A stretch of 64,000 bases of DNA. It comes from Octopus sinensis. Taxonomy: Eukaryota. The DNA lies in the NCBI RefSeq assembly GCF_006345805.1, contig NW_021831284.1, positions 186,001 through 250,000 of the forward strand. Reading direction: 5' to 3'. Position 1 is the stretch's first letter; each line of letters opens with the position of its first letter. Positions 50,890 through 60,529 of this stretch are shown here, in pieces. The notes below the pieces were generated by a model, which was given only the letters and a program-made list of their open reading frames with translations, searched no databases and was not told the DNA's origin. Position numbers and translations under genes: made by a program.

Positions 50890-52470
50890 CTTAGGATCAT
50901 GTTTGTCGATTAGTACTTTGAAAATCGTTGAGTATATTTCTCAATTCCGAAGTCGGCGTCATTTTATCACGTTTCAGTAAAATCCGTAAGCAATGATTCT
51001 GTACGACTTCCACTTTGTTTTGTGCGGATATTGACAGTGTCCTGATCCACGAAGCACATGCGTGTTCAATTGTAGGCAGTATATATTGTTTGTATAATAA
51101 CTCAAAATGAGGAATATAAGATATTGGAGATCTAGCAAAAACTTTGAGAATTCCGATCTTCTTTTGGATTCGTGAAACCACTGACTTCACTTGATTTTTG
51201 AACGTCATTAATGGGTCGTGAATTGTTGTTCTAAAGAAATTGATCGATTATTAATTGTTTAAAAGTCATGTTTGCCGTGTGTTGATATACTGGATAAAGT
51301 AGGAGTATTTCTTGGCAAGTTGTATGGACTCATTTGGGTGTTTATTGAGGTATTGAAGATTTGTAGAAAGTGGAGACTGAGGAGGTGAGTCCTTTCTTTT
51401 AAGAATCTGATTTTTTTGGCGGTTCTTCTACAAGGGAGGTCCCTTTCTATAGGAGAATGTCTGAGCTGCTCCGTGCCCACAGTCATGGACTAAAAAAGCT
51501 AGTGAAAGAGGAGTTGTTGTGGAGGGGTAGTGTCTTGTTCTGATCGACGTTGAAATGATTGTCGACATATCTCTGCCAAGGATTTTAGGGATCTTAGAAA
51601 CTTATTTTTCCGCCAAGTGATGTGCAGATTGATGAACTTTTCAAGGCCTCCCAGTAAGGTGGAATGCCCTTTTCAGTCAACTGGTTAGGCTAAAGTAGAG
51701 TATTCGTGTGTCTTTTAAGAACAATTTTGAACGAAATTGTGTGCTGAGGTGGCATTTGTTTCGTTGTGAGATATGTGAGTAAAAGAGCATTGAGAGATAT
51801 GTGTGGTGACTTGTTGGGTCAGAAAGACGGGCCGATCTTGTTCTTTCTGTTCTTTGTTTTGAATCTCTCTTGTGTATCCCTGCCTCGCCACACTTTGGAA
51901 CGTATTCCATCCAGGGTGTGTACAGCCTGTCTATCTGGCAGCCTCTTATTTTCATCCTCTCGTTCCGCCACTATGATTCCTGGCGTTTGGCACTTCCTTC
52001 TCATTCTCTGAGTCCATTTCTGGGGCCCAATCTATCTCTTTCGTTCCTAAATACACTAAACTCCTCCGCTGTCTCCGGCGAATTCTGTCAAGAATCCATA
52101 AAGCTTCTCATATCCTAGCAGTCTACTCTTTGTCCATGGTAATTGATGATGTTTTGGCTTCCGATGGGAAATCTGATTGCGTCAAGCTGTTCCGCTTTGC
52201 TTCTTTTGGCTTCGACTTTTCCGCCGCTAAGATCTTTTACACGTTAAGATGTGTACAAAGGTGACCTTCTTTCAGACTTTGACAATATCCTCAGGATCGG
52301 TGCGAGCTCGATCTGGCCTACGACGATCACGGCTGGACTTAGGCATCTTCACCTGTGCGGTGAGACGACCCTAGCATCAGATCCTATTCCGATCTGACTC
52401 TTCCGGAATTCCTATCCGTTCACTCTGCTTCTCGTTCTCTCTCAGACATCGTTCTTAAAAAACCTTCCGA
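50890..52470 (-). mobile_element. Decayed, internally deleted APE-RT retrotransposon
   Basis: SDHH-like APE end and GIPPYW; LTFKNQVKSVVSRIQKKIGILK..LYKQYILPTIEHA..QNHCLRILL. Confidence 0.7.
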
Positions 52471-52599
52471 ACGGAAATTGTCTGAAGATTACTCGATTAC
52501 TTGTGGTCAGTGGGAAACCGGTTTGATTCGAGGCTGCCCAATTCTCCATTTATTCAGCGGCAGTGGGACGAGATCTCTTGTCAGGCGACTTTCAAAGAC

Positions 52600-53340
52600 C
52601 TGGCTTCTGTTTCCAATTAACATTGAATCGCCTGTATATATGCAGATCGCTGTTAAAGCAGCGGTATTTGGTTAAAGGCTCTCACTTTCACTGAAAATCT
52701 GGTGGACAACGATTGCTTAATAATCGCAACTTGCTCTCGTGCGCGTCCCGTCAATTCTCGACCAGGTGGCTGAATAGAGGAGACGACAAACGCCTAACGC
52801 CAAGTCCACCTTCCCTTACGAGCAAGAGAAATTCCTTATTTGGAACTATACCTTTCCAGCCACATTCTTGGCAAAATTTCGCTCTGTCCGTTGTTGATTT
52901 GATTCAGATGCATGTTTCTTCATAGGCGGAGAGCTGCGATGGCTTTCCCTTTCTTCTTGACATGCAGGCAGTAACCCAGGTTAGCGTCGATTGTAAGTCG
53001 AAGGTAACGTATACAGTTGGGGCCATCAATTTCAGCTAGAGTCTCTGATATGGTGACTTTCTTGTGTGGATTCGCAGGTAAGCGGATTTGTCCATTGTTA
53101 GCAAGAGCCGCTTACTGACGTACTACTCCTTTATCACCTCAATGTAGTTGGCAAGCCTTTTTTAAAAGTCTTTGCGTCTTTCGAGGTGTCCAGGACGAGG
53201 ACGTCATCAGAGTATAGGCCCGGTGCGTTGTCTTTAGACGAGCAGATAGCCCAGGTCACCTCTGTTGTGGTGATTGGGTAGTGTTCTGACGGCAGTGTAC
53301 ACGACAGTGGCTCCGACATCAAAGATGGCGCGTCCTTTGA
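52600..53340 (-). mobile_element. CRE fragment plus an RT fragment with the core deleted
   Basis: LLVREGGLGVRRL; PITTTEVTWAI..DNAPG joined directly to LYSDDVLVL. Confidence 0.6.
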
Positions 53341-53348
53341 GGGGCCTC

Positions 53349-53866
53349 CTAAGTTTGGGCCAAATATTCTGCAAAATATTTATTTTTTATTCGAATCATT
53401 TTACTAAATATTGATTCGCATAAATATGTAGATCCAAACATTGATATATTCATATATGCATTGTGTGTTATATTTTGGAATTTGTCTTGAGGAATTAATT
53501 CGTAAAAATTAATAATGGACGCATTTTTGAACAATGCCGCCAGTTCTATATCATGTTGTAAATTAATGAGTTCTAGTTGAAACTTTGCAGGCGCATCCTT
53601 AATTTCCACGCTGAATGGAGTTGCGAATATTTTCATTAAAGGAAGGAATTCTTTAAAATTCTAAAAATTAAATTTATATAAATGTACCCCAAAACGTGCT
53701 TCAAATTGATTAATAAAATCACCAATTATGGATATGTTTAACCTTAAGAATGAATAATTAAATTTAAACATTATTAAAAAATTAAAAAAGTTAGTTACTC
53801 TAGAGGGGCCGCAAAAAAAATCCTGGGGGCCACATGCGGCCCCGGGGGCCGCATTTGAGAACCGCT
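53349..53866 (-). mobile_element. Non-autonomous hAT: left end fused to the dimerisation domain
   Basis: Terminus CAGCGGTTCTCAAATGCGG at 53866 with flank tttTAgat; FQLELINLQ..SMFGSTYLCESIFSKM. Confidence 0.85.
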
Positions 53867-53874
53867 GTTTTAGA

Positions 53875-54815
53875 TAGCGACCTCGTAATCGTTTGGTTAA
53901 AACGCTCAATGATGCCTTGACTTTTGAGATTGTTTGGCCTACTGTGTATCTGTTGAATGTTTAAACGTTCACACAAAGCAGTGACATTGGAATTTTAAAT
54001 TCGGTTCCATTATCTTATTGCAAATATTGACAGGGTCCAAAACGTAGAAATTTTTTTCGAGATTTTCAGAATCGTTATTTCTGCTTTTATTTTTAGATTT
54101 TGAGTAAATGCATATTTCGAGATGTCAATGACCGTCAAAAGCAATAGTGTGGTTTCATTTGCTTGTTTAAATCTTTAATAAACAATTCCAAAAATTGATG
54201 CCTGTTCAGATCAATTAAATCTATCTGGAATCTTTCATTTGAACAATTGGCAATCACATGGTTTTCTTTATCCGAAATTTTAAAGACGTCCAAAATTTGC
54301 AAATTTGACATTCTGCAACATTTTAGAGGATTATTTGTCGTTTTGCAGTAAAGTATCTTTCATGGCACATGTTCTCGTGCTCGAGAGTGTTATGTCCACA
54401 ATTCGGGACGATTACATAGGATCAGTTCAATTGGAGTAGTCTTAGCTGACTTGAAGGTCCTGGATTCTTCTCTATGTCACCGCACAAGGGAAGGGGAGCA
54501 TGGGAGCGGGAGCTTTGTGCTTGCTCAATTGCAGCCAAAAGATCGTGACAACGATCGGATGGGGAGATTGTTGAGGGTCTTTTAGTTACTGTAATTACAG
54601 CATCCAAACAACACCACGTGAAGGTGACCCACATCGTTGAAGACCTCTTCCCTGTCCTGGACCGCCTCACTTGTCTCCGCCTATTGTGATTCGGGATCTC
54701 TGGGAGCGCCCGATCTTCGCGTCTCGCTACCTGATTGCAGCCGGCTTCCTACGTGTTAGTGAAGCCGGGGTAACATAACTAACTAACATAGGATCAGTAA
54801 CGGCCTAAACTTGTG
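53875..54815 (-). mobile_element. Ginger-like integrase D, decayed, lacking introns at positions where A has them
   Basis: CHERYF..CQIC, NHVIANCSNERFQIDLIDL, VIDISKYAF, DNGTEF, KSQGIIERFNQTITRSL. Interrupted at 54427-54785. Confidence 0.8.
54427..54785 (+). mobile_element. 5'-inverted retrotransposon insertion with 13-bp TSD, TAAC tail and a 2A-like motif
   Basis: acataggatcagt at 54414-54426 and 54786-54798. The sense 3' end matches 19690-19830. The inverted part encodes LCGDIEKNPGP..LRLLQLN on minus. Confidence 0.85.
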
Positions 54816-54816
54816 A

Positions 54817-55122
54817 CAGAATAAGACTTTTCTATTGGTTACGATAGTAAAAGCAATGATTAACAGAGACAGCCGGGGGCATCCGTATTGCTCCGTTAGA
54901 TGTGAAATTCGTAGATCAGTGCAGGACGTACTACAGCGAAAGCATTTGCCAAGAATGTTTTCATTAATTAAGAACGACAGTTGGAGTATCGAAGTCGATT
55001 AGATCTCGTCGTAGTTCCAACTATAAACGATGCCAACTAGCACTCCGCTGGTAATATTTGGATACATTAACGGCTAGCTTCCAGGAAACCAAAGTTTTTG
55101 GGCTCCGGGGGGAGTATGGATT

Positions 55123-55157
<35 letters not shown>

Positions 55158-55762
55158 TCACCAGGAGTGGAGCTTGCGGCTCAATTTGACTCAACGCAGA
55201 AAAACTCACCCGGGCCGAACACAGTGAGGATTGACAGACTGATAGCTTTTTCTTGATACTGTGGGTAGTGGTGCATGGCCGTTGTTAGAGTGATTTGTCT
55301 GGTTTATTCAAATAACGAACGAGACTCAGACTTACTAGTCGTTTGATTTTAGTTGGACTACTAAGAAGAATAAGTGTGAATAACACTTGAAAATAAACAA
55401 TTAACAGGTCTGTGATTGCTTTTAGACGTTCGGGCCTGCACACTTGCTACATTTAAGAAATTCAGGTTGATTAAGAAAGTTCGAAAAGCGAACTAAGCTT
55501 TCAAATTTCATCGTGCCAGGAATCGAGGCTTGTAATTATTCCTCGTGAGCAAGTAAATTCCTAGTAATCGGAAGTCATTAGCTTGCAATGATTACGTCCC
55601 TGCCCTTTGTACACACCGCCTTTACTACTACCAATGAATGAGGTTGTTTTGGTGTGATTGTTTGATCGTGTTCTATAGCATGCGGATACCTGAGGCTAAT
55701 CATTTAAAGAAATTAAAAGTTCTAACAAGGTTTTTGTAAGTAAACATGCTAAAAGATCAGTA
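54817..55762 (+). pseudogene. Orphan 18S rRNA pseudogene (3' half)
   Basis: gccgggggcatccgtattg, gcgaaagcatttgccaag, aaacttaaaggaattgacggaagggc, gtccctgccctttgtacacaccgcc. Deletions in universal helices (ttagagtgatttgtctgg) and a decayed 3' end aagttctaacaaggtttttgtaagtaaacatgctaaaagatcagta. Confidence 0.92.
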
Positions 55763-56160
55763 GTCGGTTAACTAATTATCTACGTGTGTGCAGCTAGCTA
55801 ATTTCTGTATGATTTTGTTGAGAAGCTCAAGTCACGCAAAGCCAGGTATATTCGTGACTAGCGTATAGCTTTCAGACTCAAACAGGTGATAGTTTGTCTT
55901 ACTTTGTGTGCTTGAATACCAAGTGGGATGGTTGTTGATGTTAGTCACAGTTTCAACTAGTATGCAGTATTTGATGTTGTCAGTTTCAACATGGAACAGA
56001 ACTTTATTTGCCCACATAAATCTTCTTTCTTCTTCAACCTTACTGCTCTGAGTTTTTAGGTGCGATCAGTAGTAGCTGTTTGTATCTTACGGCTATTTTA
56101 TAAATATTTTAAAAACTCTTATTGATGAGTAAATTTATTTTTATAATTTAAATATTTTTG

Positions 56161-56937
56161 ATGTGTGCAAATTACAACATCCCAAAAGAAAGATATAAAC
56201 ATCACAAAAAATCTCCGAAATGTTTAACTCGTCCAAAATACAGAGCCGGGAAAAAAGATACATCTGTTAAAGTAGAAATCACACTCTCGATGTTCCCTAG
56301 GCATATACTGTTATGCAAGAATCTCGTTTTGTTATTGTTCAAGGAGTACCTTCCATTACTAGCCATGATGATTTTTTTGATATATTTGGGGAATTATCTG
56401 ATGCTGTAGAAGTCTACAATCAGCTGAGCGATTACCCAAATACTACCCCTTTTACTATTGTTTATTGGATAGCCTTCAAAAATATTTCATATGCAAGGTA
56501 TTGATAATTTTTTATAATAAACTATCCAGGCAATTTAAGAAAAAATTTAACGAATTTGAATTTTTTGGAGGATTGCTGCACATCTCATATGCCTTTGAGT
56601 CAGAGAAAGTTGAAGATACTCGAGACAAGATTTATCAGAGAAAACGCGAAGTTCTTAATAGACTTAATTATCTTGGTATAAGAATAAATAATTTATTTAG
56701 CTCAAACATCCACAGAAGTCAGTGGAATACAAAATATAAATTATTTTCCTTCGAAAATAGCCCAATCAAATAATGACCTACCATTGGCAGTTTATCAAAA
56801 AAATTCAAAAGATGCTAGTTCAGAACAAGATACGTCGTACTCTTTGAAAAATAATTTTTCGTTGATTGAAAATATCCAAGCTAAAATAAATTCGGTCTTT
56901 GATTTTTTTAATATTTTAGATCAATAAGAATAATTAA
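56161..56937 (+). CDS. RBM48: RNA-binding protein 48 (minor spliceosome component), 221 aa after splicing
   Basis: Exons 56161-56271, 56301-56497, 56530-56675, 56701-56894, 56920-56937; introns 29, 32, 25, 25 nt. TRPKYRAGKKDTSVK|AYTVMQESRFVIVQGVP..YNQLSDYP..FFGGLLHISYAFESEKVEDTRDKI matches RBM48 TRAKYREGR..AVKVYT..ESQYLLIQGVP..FFGGLLHVCYAPEFETVEETR. Confidence 0.92.
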
Positions 56938-57479
56938 GTATTTTTTACTAAAGAGACATTACTGTTATTGAGACATTAGTGTTTGTTAATAATAATGTAT
57001 GAAAACTTTTTTTGATAAAAAAAATTCATAGGAGCCTGTACTCAGCTTGTTTTAAATTTTTATAGATTTATAAAAACTAATCTTCTGATAGAGCATCTCA
57101 TAAATTTCTCTAAATAAATGGCCCGATTTTATACTGCCATCACCGAAAACGATAACTATCTATTCCATCCATTAATTCGCTATCATTTATTAGTAAATAC
57201 TAGTGTTGCTGAGTTCTCAAAACCAGATGAATTAATTTAAAAATCTATCATACATACTAGTGTCTCTTCTTTTTGAGAAAAAATCTTAAAGCATTTGTAA
57301 ATAATTTGTAAAATAAGAAAAAAATTAGCTTCAGTAGTATTAATTGAAATACTCTGATATTTTAATAGTAAAACCCTGGTCGGTCAATAGTTCTACAGTC
57401 CGACCCCCACACATGGGTTTGTTATTATTTTTACATTAAATCAATAATAAACATCAAATAACATTTTAGCATCATGACA

Positions 57480-58050
57480 AGACGCCAGTTTAAATTTGAA
57501 ATAGAATATATAAAATCGTTTTCGACATCTTGAAAACTCAAAAATTCTATTAAAAACTTTAATTAAATTGCTGCATGGAAAAACAGTGAGTTTTTCTTTT
57601 CCTTGTTTATAGCCAAAACACTGTTCGTCTTTTTCAACAAATAATTTTTGGGGAGTTCTTTCACTAACAAGTGCGGTTGCATCGCTATGAAATACATTTT
57701 CAGGTCCATATTTTATTACCCACTCTGGACTAAGCCAGCTCGTCTCCCTCTGATCGTTTGTTTTCGACGAGATCTTCGATCTCATTAACAATAGCAGTTG
57801 AGTCGCCGCCTTGCTGACGATTCCAAAAATTTTGAAGGCGAGAGGAAGGAACTCTAAGGTATCAGAAATGTCTTTGTATTTCATCCTCTTCTTTTCCTTA
57901 GCCTGGGCACTGGCGGAACCGGGTTTGCTGACGGAATTGGGCAACATCGTGGCGCAGAACAAGTCAACGCAAGTCGCATTTCAAGTCAAGTGCCCTCTCT
58001 AAATGGGAAGGTAGTCATCCCGTCGGGACGCTTTCTGTCGCTCCGGGAAA
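57480..58050 (-). mobile_element. CRE 3' fragment joined to a pogo fragment
   Basis: KPGSASAQAKEKKRMKY..FLPLAFKIFG..RETSWL, then NVFHSDATAL..GYKQGKEKLTV. Confidence 0.75.
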
Positions 58051-58489
58051 GACCGAAGGCTCGTTAGTTAAAAATGAGACATTTTATCACATTAAACTTG
58101 AGTGACTGACAAAATCAGTGACAATCATATCCTTCTCGAGTTCGAACAATGCCAATGTCTATGCATATGATCACCAAACTCTCTCTCATGTCCATAATGT
58201 GGACTTCCCTCAGACTACAAGTATATGAGCCAACTTTCTCCTCATTTTGCCCACTTTCTTCCTGTTTTCAAGGCAATGTCCTCACTTTCTACTATAACAT
58301 TAATTGTCCTACCCATTGCTTGCTATTTAGGTTCGAGCATATCCAACCACAGAGTGTAGTGCGTCTTGCCCTTTCTCTCCTCGATGAAACCTCAAATCCA
58401 AACACTCAAACACTCATCACACATAATCCTCCTGCACTGACTGTCCGTATCCACACGTGCAGAGAATAACAACAGTGCTTACAAAGCAA

Positions 58490-60330
58490 AAATGTGCATG
58501 AAATTGATGAGATAAGGAATGCATGTCTCCAATAGTGAACTAACATAGACTTCACCACACTTACACATACAACCTGACTGAACTTTCCTCCACCTTCAAA
58601 ATCTCAGGAGTGGAGAAATACACCTGAACAAATAGTTCCTCCTACTACGTTAGAGAGTCACGAATCAACTCGCGTATGAAAATATAGGTTGTTCTTTATA
58701 CGATTGAAGTCGTAGGCGAACTGAGGGTAAAGGGACAACCAATGCGGTTGTGGTCTTGACCCCCTGCCTTGTCCTACACATAGTAAACAGGCTTATGCGA
58801 CTACATTCACTCTATGCACAAATCTAGGGTTGGAGAAACTTTGTGGGATTCCGTTCTCCTCTTTTTTTGAGCTGATCGAGGACTTTCTTGTCCCCCAATC
58901 TACAGAGTCTGTCATACTGGGACATTTCATCCAGTGATTACCCCCTTCCATAAACCCATTCTTCTATAGTCTAGAATCTAGACTGAGGACATGTCATAAC
59001 ACCTGCAACAAGTCTTCAAACTGTCTCTTTACTAGCTCATAAAACCTCTGTTCCTCGATTCCATATCGCCGACATCATTTCTTTGAGTTTTCTCCTTGTA
59101 ATTTCGCCTAAAATATGCACAGACATCACCTTAATCCAAGAATTATACACTTTTAGTAAAGTAAACGGGTCTCTTCTGAAACATTCTAAAACTTCTTTTG
59201 TTTCTACCACATAAAAAATCTCCCGATACCATCACTTCTGCATCAAAATTAGTTTTGGTGACAAATATGTTTTGTAGGGACAGTGCCGCTGCCATCGTCA
59301 CCACTGATTCGGTGATCTGGAGAAATAGACCAGCAGTTTTCCTATCACCACGTCCATAGGAAGCCGTGTCAACTTTCTATCCATCGGAGTAAGACTTCCA
59401 TCAGGGAATAGTGCTCCCTGTTGCAGCAAATACTTGAAGACTGCAGTCAATCGTTCACGCGGAGCAGCCTCAGCCATAATCTCGTTTATTCCACTAAGGA
59501 ATACAGTCTCTGCCAAATGTTAGAGGAACCCTATTTTAACTAAAAATCCATATTTGTGGCAAAATTTCGAAAAGTCTGAAAGAATAAAATAATTTTTTTC
59601 CTAAGATCGATTAGTTTGTAACAATTATAAGGACGTCGATGAAATATTTCTGGCAATTTAGAAAATGGAAAAAAGCAGTAACCCAGGAACATTATAATGA
59701 TATAAAGCCAGCACCTGGATTATAGTGCAGTTGTTAAAAAAGAGGAATAAAGCTGAATGTCGATAGTGGCTAACATTAAAATGACTTTAAGTCATTTCTG
59801 TGGCAAATTAAACATCTGAGATATCCCAGAATAAAGTTAGTGTTTACATGTCTTTCGTATACACACAAAATCCCTAATGAACGCTACCCCGTCGATTATA
59901 ATTACATCGTACTGGAAGAGTGGAGGCGAAGTACTAGTCCTGTTATGAACAATATTTTGGTCGCTTTTAAATTGTTTTGCTCAAATCTGACCTGAAAGCC
60001 TATGCTTGTTCCATGTTGGTTAAATGTCTCAAAATCCAAGCACTTGCTTAGAGAAACACAGGCAATTTTCCTGGGTTGTGTACACACAATTTTATTGTAT
60101 CCACTCTCTATCAAATACTGCGGGACCTGCGTGGATTTCCCACAGCCCGTGTCTCAGGCAACGAGAATGACTTGGTGTGAGTTTATGGCCTCTATTATTT
60201 CACTCTTGTATTGGAATATTGATAGAGACTCTCGCACTTCTTTTATTTTATCGATTAGCGAGAAAGTACGTGTTCTTTGGCGAGAAATGTGAGGTAGTGG
60301 TGGAGGATCACTATGATCTTTTGAGTCTCC
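58490..60330 (-). pseudogene. DHX34: DEAH-box helicase DHX34-like pseudogene
   Basis: HHYLTF..QVILVA*DTGCGKSTQVPQYL (TGA at 60154-60156), VCTQPRKIACVSL, GFQVRFE, YLLQQGAL..LPMDVVIGKLL, DPFTLLKVYNSW, GIEEQRFYEL..RQFEDLL, LYPQF, SLLETCIPYLIN. Multiple frameshifts; most of the RecA2 region is not visible. Confidence 0.8.
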
Positions 60331-60529
60331 AAGATATTATAGTGATGGATTGACTGGAGAAGACTCGGCAATTGTCAAAAAAATATGGAATTGAGTATAA
60401 TTTTGTATCAACACTAGTCGAACGCACAATGTTGAATTTCAGCATCATCCATTGATCTAAATTTATTACAAGAAGGCACCAACAAGTGGGGTATAAATAA
60501 TTTATTTAATGAATGAACTTTTTATTAAA

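Noticed and set aside
55763-56100. ITS1 and 5.8S after the 18S fragment
   Set aside because: No recognisable 5.8S core motif.
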